Shown here: piece by piece, positions 19,101 through 29,039 of the stretch
Numbering within the stretch: position 1 is the first letter of the stretch
Layout: every line of letters begins with the position of its first letter
NCBI GenBank assembly: GCA_041634935.1
Contig: JBFJKO010000001.1
Coordinates: 1 to 39,102 of the forward strand
Source of the DNA: Nocardioides sp.
GTDB lineage: Bacteria; Actinomycetota; Actinomycetes; Propionibacteriales; Nocardioidaceae
Direction of reading: 5' to 3'
DNA: 39,102 nt
Position numbers and translations under genes: made by a program
The notes under the pieces: generated by a model
Databases searched by the model: none
What the model saw: only the letters and a program-made list of their open reading frames with translations
Told to the model about the DNA's origin: nothing

Positions 19101-20531
19101 TCACCCGGTGGTCCCGTCGGGGGAGTCGGCCGGCTCCTCGGGGGCGACCCGCTTGTCGGCGATCTCCTCGACCTTGTCGCGGCCGTCGGCGAGGTCGTCG
19201 ACGTCGATGGTCGCGCCGACCTGGCCGCGGTCGAAGTCGGAGAGCTGGTCGAGCATGACGTCGGTGACGACGATCGGCTCGGACAGCTCGAAGCCGGCCA
19301 CCGAGGCGTCGATGCCACGGAAGATCACCACGCGCCCGTCCTGCTCGCCGACGTAGTACTGCGACTGGGCCCAGGTCCAGGCGGCCGCGACGGCGATCCA
19401 GACCAGCCCCGCCGCGATCACGAGCACGGCGAGCCGACGCACCCAGGTGTAGCGCTGCGGCGGCCGCGGCGCGTAGCGCGCGGTCTCGGGATCGACGGGG
19501 AGCGGGTCGCTCGGGATGGCGAACGGCAGGTCGAGGATCTCGGCGTCGATCGGCTCGAGCTCACCGGTGTCGCCCGAGCGGTGCCCGCGGAAGAGGGCGC
19601 GGGGCAGGCGACGCTTCAGCTCGGCCGCGGCGCCGACGAGCATGGGCTCGAGGTCGTCGAAGCCCGGGTCGGCCGCCACCTGCTCGGGGCTCAGGACGTC
19701 GGCGACGATGCAGGTGACGTTGTCGGAGCTGCCGGCCTCGAGGCTGGCGCGCACCAGCTCGACGGCAGCGAAGTCGGGGGTGCCCATCGACAGGATGTCG
19801 GCGAGGCGGCCGTCCTCGAGCACGCCGCAGGCACCGTCGCTGCACAGGAGCAGGCGGTCGCCCGGGGTGAGCTGGAGGGCGAACAGGTCAGGCTCGGCCT
19901 CGTGGATGCCGTCGAGGGCCTTGAGGATGAGGTTGCGGTGCGGGTGCACGCGCGCCTCGGCCTCGGTGATCCGGCCGTCGTCGATGAGGCTCTGCACGAA
20001 CGTGTGGTCGGTGGTGAGCTGCGACAGCTCGCCGTCGCGGAAGAGGTAGGCGCGGCTGTCGCCGACGTGGCCGATGCCGACCCGGTGGCCGTCGAAGAGG
20101 GCGACCGTGGCGGTGGTGCTGGTGCCGTTGATCGAGGGGTCCTCGTCGACGAGGTGGCCGATCTGGGCGTGCGCGTCGTGCAGCGCGTCGGCGACGCGGG
20201 TGAGCAGCGCCGGGCTGTCGTTGGCGGGCGGGGCGACGTCGAGGGCGCGCAGCTCGGAGACCGCGGTGCTGGAGGCGATGTCGCCGCGGGCCGCGCCGCC
20301 GACGCCGTCGCAGACGGTCAGGACCCAGGGGCCGGCGTACCCGGAGTCCTGGTTGTCCTTGCGCACGCGCCCCACGTCGGAGATCGCGGAGAAGTGGAGG
20401 CGCAGCGTGGGCGGGGGGTCGGTGGCGCCGACGGCGTCGCCGTCCTGGCCGGTGCCGTCGAGGGGCTCCTCGACGGCCGGGATCTCGCCCGTGGCCGCGG
20501 GTCCGCCGGTGCCGCTGGAGGGGTCGCTCAC
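19101..20531 (-). CDS. pstP: PP2C-family Ser/Thr phosphatase PstP
   Basis: SDVGRVRKDNQDS, VCDGVGG, HVGDSRAY, CSDG, SSDNVT; C-terminal TM; GTGA overlap with the fhaB stop. Confidence 0.94.
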   Translation of the reverse strand: MSDPSSGTGGPAATGEIPAVEEPLDGTGQDGDAVGATDPPPTLRLHFSAISDVGRVRKDNQDSGYAGPWVLTVCDGVGGAARGDIASSTAVSELRALDVAPPANDSPALLTRVADALHDAHAQIGHLVDEDPSINGTSTTATVALFDGHRVGIGHVGDSRAYLFRDGELSQLTTDHTFVQSLIDDGRITEAEARVHPHRNLILKALDGIHEAEPDLFALQLTPGDRLLLCSDGACGVLEDGRLADILSMGTPDFAAVELVRASLEAGSSDNVTCIVADVLSPEQVAADPGFDDLEPMLVGAAAELKRRLPRALFRGHRSGDTGELEPIDAEILDLPFAIPSDPLPVDPETARYAPRPPQRYTWVRRLAVLVIAAGLVWIAVAAAWTWAQSQYYVGEQDGRVVIFRGIDASVAGFELSEPIVVTDVMLDQLSDFDRGQVGATIDVDDLADGRDKVEEIADKRVAPEEPADSPDGTTG

Positions 20532-20998
20532 TTCTTCAGCTCCAGGATCGTCTTGCCGATCCGCACCTGGGTGCCGATGGCGATCGTGGTGGGCTGGGTG
20601 ATGCGCACGCTGCCGATGTAGGTGCCGTTGGTCGAGCCGAGGTCCTCGACGAACCACTGGTCGCCCGAGGCGGCGATCCGGGCGTGGCGCGTGGAGGCGT
20701 AGTCGTCGTCGAGCCGGATGGCGGCGTCGGTGCCGCGGCCGATCAGGATCGGGGCCTGGTCGAGCGGGGCGGTGGCGCCGGCGCTCGAGCCCTGGGTGAC
20801 GACGACCTTGGTGGGCGAGCCGCGGCGGCGCGGCGGCTTCTGCTGCTTCGGCGGTCGCGGGCTGCCCTGGCCGCGAGCGGCCTCGGGCACGCGGGCACCG
20901 AACATGTCGGAGCGGATCACCGAGATCGCCGAGAGCACGAAGATCCACAGGATCGCCAGGTAGGCGATGCGGATGAGGAACAGGGTCAGCTCAGACAT
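20528..20998 (-). CDS. fhaB: FHA domain protein FhaB/FipA
   Basis: N-terminal TM; IGRG..DDDYASTRHARI..EDLGSTNGT. Confidence 0.95.
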   Translation of the reverse strand: MSELTLFLIRIAYLAILWIFVLSAISVIRSDMFGARVPEAARGQGSPRPPKQQKPPRRRGSPTKVVVTQGSSAGATAPLDQAPILIGRGTDAAIRLDDDYASTRHARIAASGDQWFVEDLGSTNGTYIGSVRITQPTTIAIGTQVRIGKTILELKK

Positions 20999-21734
20999 GG
21001 CCCCACCCGGAGTTGTCGGGACTCTCCGACTCGCTGACGATGCGCACGGTCAGGGTCGTGTTGCCGGCCTTGACCACCGAGCCGTCGCGCAGCCTCGCGC
21101 GCGGCACCTTGCGGTCGTCGATGCGGATGCCGTTGGTGGAGCCGAGGTCGTGCACCTCGATGAGCGGGTCGGTGCCGTCGGGCCCGAGGGTGATGAGGAA
21201 CTCCGCGTGCCGCCGGCTGATGCCCGGGTCGTTGATCCGGATGTCGGCCTCGGTGCCGCGGCCGACCACCAGGCCGGGCGGCTGCAGGGGGTGCCGGCTG
21301 CCGTTGACCTCGAGCAGGGCGTGGGCGCGGCTCACCTGGGTGTGCGTGGCCGTCCCGCTGACCGAGGCCTGGGCCTCGCTCCGGATCCGGAAGCGCCCCG
21401 TGGTCAGGTCGTCGGCGGACTCGAAGTCGATCCTGACGGGACCGGGGAAGACGTAGGACTGGCTGTCGGCGTGCTTCCTGAGCGAGTCGGACAGCTCGCG
21501 CTCGAGCGTGGAGTCGTAGGGCGCGAGCCGGTCGAGGTCGGCGCGCGACAGTTCCACGTGGAACGTGTTGGGCACCAGGCGGCGGTCGCGGGAGAGGATC
21601 TGGGCGTTGTTGTCGAGCTCGCGCTCCAGCGCCGCCGCGATCTCCACCGGCTGGACGGCGCTGCGGAAGGTGCGCGCGAACGCACCGGAGATCATCGACT
21701 CGAGCCGCTGCTCGAAACGCTGCAGGCCTCCCAT
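20991..21734 (-). CDS. fhaA: FhaA (DUF3662 + FHA domain)
   Basis: LQRFEQRLE..FRSAVQPVEIA..VPN N-terminal domain; C-terminal GRG..ISRRHA..DLGSTNG; GAGGAAGGAG RBS. Confidence 0.94.
   Translation of the reverse strand: MGGLQRFEQRLESMISGAFARTFRSAVQPVEIAAALERELDNNAQILSRDRRLVPNTFHVELSRADLDRLAPYDSTLERELSDSLRKHADSQSYVFPGPVRIDFESADDLTTGRFRIRSEAQASVSGTATHTQVSRAHALLEVNGSRHPLQPPGLVVGRGTEADIRINDPGISRRHAEFLITLGPDGTDPLIEVHDLGSTNGIRIDDRKVPRARLRDGSVVKAGNTTLTVRIVSESESPDNSGWGHV
21551..21564. promoter_or_regulatory. parS-type ParB binding palindrome inside fhaA
   Basis: Perfect palindrome GTTCCACGTGGAAC matching the GTTYCACGTGRAAC parS consensus; origin-proximal location. Confidence 0.7.
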
Positions 21735-21901
21735 CCGCACTCCTTCCTCCGGACGTCCCCACGCGTGGGGGGCATGGCAAGGACCGGTCGGACGACCGGA
21801 CGTAGCGTCGATCGTAGCCACCCCGGACCCCGGTGACCGGGACCCTCACCCCCCGGACGTCGACCGATCTGCCGCACGATCGACTGCGCGGGGGCGCCGG
21901 T

Positions 21902-21931
21902 TTGTTGCTGGATCGGGCCCTGGGCTAGTCT
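21902..21931 (+). promoter_or_regulatory. Putative promoter for tRNA-Leu
   Basis: TTGTTG (21902-21907), 18 nt spacer, TAGTCT (21926-21931), 13 nt before the tRNA. Confidence 0.55.
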
Positions 21932-21944
21932 GCTCCGGTTACTT

Positions 21945-22027
21945 GCGCGAGTGGCGGAACGGCAGACGCGCTGGCTTCAGGTGCCAGTGTCCGAAAGGGC
22001 GTGGGGGTTCAAATCCCCCCTCGCGCA
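21945..22027 (+). tRNA. tRNA-Leu(CAG)
   Basis: Acceptor GCGCGAG/CTCGCGC-A, anticodon arm CTGGC-TTCAGGT-GCCAG, long variable arm, T-loop TTCAAAT. Confidence 0.97.
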
Positions 22028-22035
22028 CAGAGAGC

Positions 22036-22077
22036 AGAGCCCGGTCCAGAGAAGTCTGGTCCGGGTTCTCGCTTTTT
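22036..22077 (+). terminator. Intrinsic terminator after tRNA-Leu
   Basis: AGAGCCCGG-T-CCAGA / TCTGG-T-CCGGGTTCT stem followed by TTTTT. Confidence 0.8.
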
Positions 22078-22257
22078 CCTGCGGTACATCGCTGTCACCA
22101 GGTGGCAGTGGCGTACCGCGTTGACGAGCTGCACGACCGGCGGGTGCCCGAAGTGACCCACGACCCACCTCCCCCGCAGTAAATTCGGTCGCGTGTTCAC
22201 CCTCCCTCGTCGTACCCACCGCGCGTCCGCGGCCCGGCTCTCACCGAGCGCCGCGCG

Positions 22258-23394
22258 ATGACCGACACGAGCGTCCTGCCCGAGCTCGGTTCCTTCGACC
22301 ACTACGCCCGGCTGGTGCAGCGGACCCTCGGGGTGCCCATCGGCCTGGTGACGATCGTCGAGGAGTTCCGACAGGTCTTCCCCGGGGCCCTGGGCCTGCC
22401 TGAACCGTGGCAGGAGGAGCGGGAGACGCCGCTGTCGCACTCGTTCTGCCAGTACGTCGTGGCGCAGGGGAAGCCGCTCATCATCGAGGACGCCCGCAAG
22501 GAACCGCTCCTCGTCGACAACCTCGCGATCCCGGTGCTGGGCGTGATCGCTTACGCCGGCTGGCCGATCACCAACAGCCGAGGACAGGTGGTCGGGTCGC
22601 TGTGCGCGATCGACGGCGAGCCGCGGTCGTGGGCCTCCGTCGACCTGGAGAACCTGCGCGACCTGGCCGCTGCCTGCTCCGCCGAGATCGCCCAGCGCGA
22701 GCTGGTGCTGGCCTCGGCCGACCTGGTGGCCGAGCTCGAACGCAGCAACGAGCACCTCGCCACGCTGGGGTCCCAGGTGAGCCACGACCTCCAGAACCCG
22801 ATCCAGGCCCTGACCGGCACGCTCGAGCTCCTCGACGAGCAGCTCGAGGCCGACCCCGTCGACGCGCGCACCATGTCGCTGCTGGTCTCCCGCGGCCACA
22901 AGTGCGCCACGCGGATGTCGGCGCTGGTGAAGGACGTCCTGCGCTACGCCGTCGTCGGCGGTGAGCTCGCCCTGCACGACCTGGACGTCGCCGACCTCGT
23001 GACCTCGGTGCTGGACGACGTCCCGGCGCTCGCCGACGTCGACGTGCACCTGGGCGACCTCCCCTCGGTGCGCGCCGACGGTCTGCAGCTGCGCCTGCTG
23101 CTGCAGAACCTGCTCACCAACGTCGCCAAGCACGCAGGCGGCGGGCCCGTGGAGGTCCAGGCCCACATCGAGGACGACACCTGGGTCCTGGAGGTCGTCG
23201 ACCACGGACGCGGCGTCCCGGCCGAGGAGCGCGACCGGATCTTCTCCGCCCACACGCGCCTCGACCACTCGGTGCCCGGCTCCGGCCTGGGGCTTGCTAC
23301 CTGTCGTCGCGTGGTGAAGGCCCACGGCGGCACGATCGGCCTCGTGGAGACCCCGGGCGGTGGGGCGACCGTGGTGGTCAGGCTCCCGCGCTGA
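22258..23394 (+). CDS. Cytoplasmic GAF-domain sensor histidine kinase (orphan)
   Basis: GAF (SHSFCQYVV, YAGWPI, GSLCAID), H-box SHDLQNPI, N-box NLLTNVAKH, G1 DHGRG, G2 GSGLGLA; no TM; no response regulator nearby. Confidence 0.92.
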   Translation: MTDTSVLPELGSFDHYARLVQRTLGVPIGLVTIVEEFRQVFPGALGLPEPWQEERETPLSHSFCQYVVAQGKPLIIEDARKEPLLVDNLAIPVLGVIAYAGWPITNSRGQVVGSLCAIDGEPRSWASVDLENLRDLAAACSAEIAQRELVLASADLVAELERSNEHLATLGSQVSHDLQNPIQALTGTLELLDEQLEADPVDARTMSLLVSRGHKCATRMSALVKDVLRYAVVGGELALHDLDVADLVTSVLDDVPALADVDVHLGDLPSVRADGLQLRLLLQNLLTNVAKHAGGGPVEVQAHIEDDTWVLEVVDHGRGVPAEERDRIFSAHTRLDHSVPGSGLGLATCRRVVKAHGGTIGLVETPGGGATVVVRLPR

Positions 23395-23614
23395 GGGAGC
23401 GCTCGCCCCGGGCTCGCCGCATGTCGGACGGGTCACCGCGTGGATGATGCGTCTATCCTGACAAGGCCGTCCCCCGCTCGACCGTGGGGGGAGAGCGGGG
23501 GCGGTACACACACGGTTCGACGGTCGCGGCACGCTCGGACGGCGTGCCGCAGCCCACACGCGCGGTCACCGCGGGGGTGAGGCGCCCGTCGTCGGCATCC
23601 CTAGGCTCGGGGTC

Positions 23615-24601
23615 ATGTCACCTTCCGTGCTCGCCCGTGCCGCTGACGCCGTCCTCGACCGGTCGCTCGTCCTCGGCTACACCAAGATCGGCCCTGCCCT
23701 GCGCCAGAGGTGGTGGGCCCCGGACGCCGAGAAGGGCAGCCTGCTGGGCAAGCGGGTCGTGGTCACCGGGGCGACGTCCGGGATCGGCGAGGCGATGGTC
23801 TCCTCCTTCCTCGACCTCGGCGCGACGGTGCACGTGCTGGGCCGCAACCCCGGCAAGGTCTCGCGCCTGGTCGCCGAGCTCCGCCGCAGCCGCCCCGGTG
23901 CCGACCTCGTCGAGGAGGTCTGCGACGTCGGTGACCTCGATGCCGTCCGCGCCTGGACCGACGACCTCACCTCCCGCATCGACGCGCTGCACGGGTTGGT
24001 GCACAACGCCGGCGTGATGGTGCCCGAGCGCACCGAGAGCCCCCAGGGCCACGAGATGGCGCTCGCCGTGCACGTGCTCGGCCCCCACCTGATGACCGAG
24101 CGACTGCTGCCGGTCCTCGGGGCCGGCGAGGGGGGCACCGTGGTCCTCATGTCGTCGGGTGGCATGTACTCCGCCGGGCTGCGCTCCACCCCCGACGCGA
24201 TCGAGTACCGCGACGGCGACTACGACGGCGTCCGCGGCTACGCGCGCACCAAGCGGATGCAGGTCGTGCTCGCCGACGCGTGGAGCCGACGGCTGCGCGG
24301 GGGACAGGTCGCGGTCGAGAGCACCCACCCCGGCTGGGCGAAGACCCCCGGCGTCTCCGACAGCCTCCCCGGCTTCGACAAGGTGCTCGGCCGACTGCTG
24401 CGCGACCCCGCCTCCGGGGCCGACACGGCGGTGTGGCTGGTCGCCACCCGCCCCGACTCCTCCGGCACCCACCACTTCTGGCACGACCGGGCGACCCGGC
24501 CCACGACGTACCCCTTCCAGCGCGCGCAGGACCCGGACGCCGAGCGCGCCTTCCTCGACTACGTGGCCAGTGCCACCGGCACCGTGTGGAACGAGTCGTG
24601 A
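23615..24601 (+). CDS. SDR family oxidoreductase (DHRS12-like)
   Basis: TGATSGIG, HNAG, SSGGMY, YARTK (YxxxK), HPGWAKTPG. Confidence 0.93.
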   Translation: MSPSVLARAADAVLDRSLVLGYTKIGPALRQRWWAPDAEKGSLLGKRVVVTGATSGIGEAMVSSFLDLGATVHVLGRNPGKVSRLVAELRRSRPGADLVEEVCDVGDLDAVRAWTDDLTSRIDALHGLVHNAGVMVPERTESPQGHEMALAVHVLGPHLMTERLLPVLGAGEGGTVVLMSSGGMYSAGLRSTPDAIEYRDGDYDGVRGYARTKRMQVVLADAWSRRLRGGQVAVESTHPGWAKTPGVSDSLPGFDKVLGRLLRDPASGADTAVWLVATRPDSSGTHHFWHDRATRPTTYPFQRAQDPDAERAFLDYVASATGTVWNES

Positions 24602-25248
24602 GCAGCCCCAGCGGGCCGCACGCCCCGATGCCGGGTGCCGAGGGCCTCGCCGAGCCGCTGCGCTCGCGCTGGAGCCCGAGCGTCTTCGACGCCGACCACG
24701 TGCTCACCGACGACGAGATCGAGACCCTCCTGCGCGCCGCGCAGTGGGCGCCGAGCGCGGGCAACAGCCAGCCCTGGGGGTACGTCGTCGCCCCGCGCGG
24801 CAGCGAGGCGCACACCGCGTTCGTCGCCCACCTCAGCCGCGGCAACTCCGGCTGGGTGCCCCGTGCCTCGCTGATCCTCGTCGCCGGCACCCAGGTCGCC
24901 CCCGCGCCCGACGGCCGCGGTCCCAAGAGCGCCGACTACGCCCGCCACGACCTCGGCCAGGCGTCGGCCCACATCACGCTCCAGGCCCGCGCGATGGGCC
25001 TGCACGCCCACCAGTTCGCCGGCTTCGACCACGCGTCCGCCGCGGCCGAGCTCGGCGTGCCCGACCACGTCGCGCTGATGACCGGGATCGCGATCGGCGT
25101 CCACCTCGAGCCCGACGACCCGCGTCTGGAGTCGGTCGGCGTCGAGGACCGCGACCGTGAGGCACGCCCGCGTGAGCGCAAGCCGCTGGCGGAGATGGCG
25201 TTCGCGACCCGGTGGGGCCAGGCCTGGCCGGGCGCGGAACCGTCATGA
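24598..25248 (+). CDS. Nitroreductase family protein
   Basis: RSRWSPSVF, AAQWAPSAGNSQPW, DLGQA..LQARAMGLHAHQFAGFD, RERKPL; GTGA overlap with the SDR gene. Confidence 0.93.
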   Translation: MSSPSGPHAPMPGAEGLAEPLRSRWSPSVFDADHVLTDDEIETLLRAAQWAPSAGNSQPWGYVVAPRGSEAHTAFVAHLSRGNSGWVPRASLILVAGTQVAPAPDGRGPKSADYARHDLGQASAHITLQARAMGLHAHQFAGFDHASAAAELGVPDHVALMTGIAIGVHLEPDDPRLESVGVEDRDREARPRERKPLAEMAFATRWGQAWPGAEPS

Positions 25249-25270
25249 CGTCCCTGACAGACTCGCCGTC

Positions 25271-25753
25271 ATGACGACCCTCGCCGACTTCCAGGCTCGC
25301 GACATCGACGGCCAGGAGGTGGACCTCGCCGACTACGTCGGCCGGGTCGTCCTGGTCGTCAACACCGCCTCGCAGTGCGGCCTCACGCCGCAGTACGAAG
25401 GCCTCCAGGCCCTTCACGAGCAGTACGGCGAGCGCGGGCTGGCCGTGCTCGGCTTCCCCTGCAACCAGTTCGGTGCCCAGGAGCCGGGCGACGAGACCGA
25501 GATCGGCGCCTTCTGCGAGAAGAACTACGGCGTCTCCTTCGCGATGATGAGCAAGGTCGACGTCAACGGCGTCGACGCCCACCCGCTCTTCGACTGGCTC
25601 CGCTCCGAGCAGTCCGCGACCCCCGACGCCCCCATCGCCTGGAACTTCGCCAAGTTCCTGCTCGGCCGCGACGGGTCGGTGGTCGCCGACTACGCCCCCA
25701 CCGTCGCGCCCGCCGACCTTGCCGCCGACATCGAGAGGGAGCTGGACCGATGA
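25271..25753 (+). CDS. Glutathione peroxidase family protein (Cys type)
   Basis: VNTASQCGLTPQY, GFPCNQFGAQEPG, WNFAKFL. Confidence 0.95.
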   Translation: MTTLADFQARDIDGQEVDLADYVGRVVLVVNTASQCGLTPQYEGLQALHEQYGERGLAVLGFPCNQFGAQEPGDETEIGAFCEKNYGVSFAMMSKVDVNGVDAHPLFDWLRSEQSATPDAPIAWNFAKFLLGRDGSVVADYAPTVAPADLAADIERELDR

Positions 25754-26226
25754 CCACCTTCACCGCCTCCACCACGGCCGAGGCCGTCGTCCCCGTCGCC
25801 CGCGAGCGGGTCTGGGAGGTCCTGGTCGACCCCACCCTCGTCGCGCGCTTCACGCCGTTCGTCTCCTCGATCGAGGAGCGGGACGGTCACTGGATCTGGA
25901 CGCTCTCGGGGCTCAAGGTCGCCGGCAAGGGCTTCGGCGCGACGTTCACCGAGAAGATGACGCTGGACGAGGGGTCCCGCATCGAGTTCACCCACGACCC
26001 GCCGGCCGACACGCGCGAGCGCGCCGGTGTGCACGGGTGGTACGACCTCTCCGACCACGGCGGCTCCGGGGAGGGGGTGCTGCTCAAGACGAGCCTGGAG
26101 ATCTGCGTCGACCTGCCGCTGCCCAAGGTGTCCGGCGGGGCGGTGCGCTCGACGATGAAGGGCGTGATGGCCCAGATGGGCGACCGGTTCTCCAAGAACC
26201 TGCTCGACCACCTCGGCGTCTCCTGA
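25750..26226 (+). CDS. SRPBCC/CoxG-like protein
   Basis: AVVPVARERVWEVLVDPTLVARFTP N-terminal pattern and long C-terminal helix; ATGA overlap with the peroxidase gene. Confidence 0.8.
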   Translation: MTTFTASTTAEAVVPVARERVWEVLVDPTLVARFTPFVSSIEERDGHWIWTLSGLKVAGKGFGATFTEKMTLDEGSRIEFTHDPPADTRERAGVHGWYDLSDHGGSGEGVLLKTSLEICVDLPLPKVSGGAVRSTMKGVMAQMGDRFSKNLLDHLGVS

Positions 26227-26273
26227 CCACTTGCTACTTGTCCGTAACCGGCTCGAGGGTCGAAGGTGAGGAC

Positions 26274-27653
<1,380 letters not shown>

Positions 27654-27672
27654 CCGCGCGCAGGCGCAGACC

Positions 27673-28317
27673 TCAGCCCTCGTCGTCCTCCGGCGGCTGG
27701 ACGGTGACGAAGCGCGCGGGGCGCAGGTCGACCGACTCGCGCAGGACCCGGTCGCGCAGCCGCTCGTCGGGGGCGCTGACGGTCACCGAGAACGGGTGGT
27801 CGAGGTAGGCCACGGTCAGCTCATAGCTGCCGTTCCTCGTCGGCTCGGGGTCGCGGTAGACGATCCTGGACCCCCGGGCCACCTCCTCCGGCTCGACCCC
27901 GTCGTAGCGCCGGCCGAGGTAGGCCAGACCCCGCTCGAGTCCCGCCCGCTTGGTGTAGCTGACCTTGACCCGCGTGCCCTGGACCCGCATGCGACAGACG
28001 TACTCGAACGGTCCGACGCTCACGTTCTCGTAGACGACCTCGCGGCAGGACTCGCTGTTGGGACGGAACGACGGGAACACCCAGCGCAGCCCCGCAGCCC
28101 CGCTCGGGACGGGGCAGGCGTCGGCGGTGGCGTCGGAGCCGTCCCAGCAGGTGACGACCGGCTCGGCGGTCGGGGAGCGGGTCTCGCCCCACAGCATGTG
28201 GGCGCCGACGGCGCCGCTGTAGCCGAGGAGAGCGAGCAGCGGGATCAGGACCAGCGGGGCGCGCCACCGCTTCAGGGTCGCCCCGAGGCCGCGACGCTCG
28301 CGTGGGGGCTCGGTCAT
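27673..28317 (-). CDS. Hypothetical membrane-anchored protein
   Basis: GGAG RBS; basic N-terminus, one TM, 4-Cys extracellular region. Confidence 0.65.
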   Translation of the reverse strand: MTEPPRERRGLGATLKRWRAPLVLIPLLALLGYSGAVGAHMLWGETRSPTAEPVVTCWDGSDATADACPVPSGAAGLRWVFPSFRPNSESCREVVYENVSVGPFEYVCRMRVQGTRVKVSYTKRAGLERGLAYLGRRYDGVEPEEVARGSRIVYRDPEPTRNGSYELTVAYLDHPFSVTVSAPDERLRDRVLRESVDLRPARFVTVQPPEDDEG

Positions 28318-28527
28318 GGCTCCGTGCTCTCCGTGCTTTCCGTGCTCTCGGTGGTACAACTGGTCGGGCCGGCGACCACCGGGTGGGCTGCTGACTGGTG
28401 ACGACGCTACACGGACGGCACCTCGCGGCCCGGGATCACCACACGCGGGTAAGGAATCGTCCACGGGGCAGCCCCTGTACCCCAACAGTGGCGGTTGATG
28501 CCGTCGCGAGGGGGCAGACTCGGGGGC

Positions 28528-28926
28528 ATGTCGTACGGAGTCATCGCCTCGAGGTCGGTCAGCGTCATGGTCCAGGCGAGCGACGACCCGGACCTCGGTG
28601 GAGTCGTGGGGATGCCCGACAGCGGGGTCGTCCTCGACCGCTTCCAGAGCGTGTGGGGCGGGGCGTGGGTGTCGGGGCGCCTCACGCTCACGCGGCTGCA
28701 CGTCAACTTCATCCCCAGCCGGGGCGGGCGGGGGATGGCGATGATGGACCTCGCGCTGCGCGACATCGAGCAGGTCGAGCTGTCCGGTGGCCGGCTGTCC
28801 CGGATGGTCGGGCTGCGCACCCCGAGCCACGTGGTGCACGTGCGCTCGTTCGCCTCGAGCGCGCTGGCCGCCTCGATCGCTGACCTGACCGAGGCGGCGA
28901 AGCGCCGTCCGTCACGGAGGCCCTGA
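28528..28926 (+). CDS. Hypothetical protein, possibly GRAM/PH-like fold
   Basis: GGAWVSGRLTLTRLHVNF..MDLALRDIEQVE pattern; CAGACT -10 element 7 nt before the ATG. Confidence 0.6.
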   Translation: MSYGVIASRSVSVMVQASDDPDLGGVVGMPDSGVVLDRFQSVWGGAWVSGRLTLTRLHVNFIPSRGGRGMAMMDLALRDIEQVELSGGRLSRMVGLRTPSHVVHVRSFASSALAASIADLTEAAKRRPSRRP

Positions 28927-28960
28927 CCGGCGCCCCGACCGGAGTCCTGGCCGCCGCGCA

Positions 28961-29017
28961 CTTTACAAACGTCTGCCTCTTGTCAAGGAAGTTTACATAG
29001 CCTACGGTTCTGTAAAC
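28961..29017 (+). promoter_or_regulatory. alkB promoter overlapped by a tandem palindromic operator
   Basis: -35 TTGTCA 28980-28985, 17 nt spacer, -10 TACGGT 29003-29008; two TTTACA-N13-TGT(C/A)AA palindromes at 28962-28986 and 28992-29016. Confidence 0.85.
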
Positions 29018-29039
29018 CCCGAGGAGAGGCGACGAGTCG

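Noticed and set aside
25271-25753. Selenocysteine peroxidase
   Set aside because: The catalytic codon is TGC (Cys) and there is no in-frame TGA.
28320-28500. Riboswitch in the divergent intergenic region, and the 9-bp (C/T)TCCGTGCT triplet at 28320-28346
   Set aside because: No riboswitch consensus recognised; the triplet looks like slippage duplication of the RBS region of the minus-strand gene.
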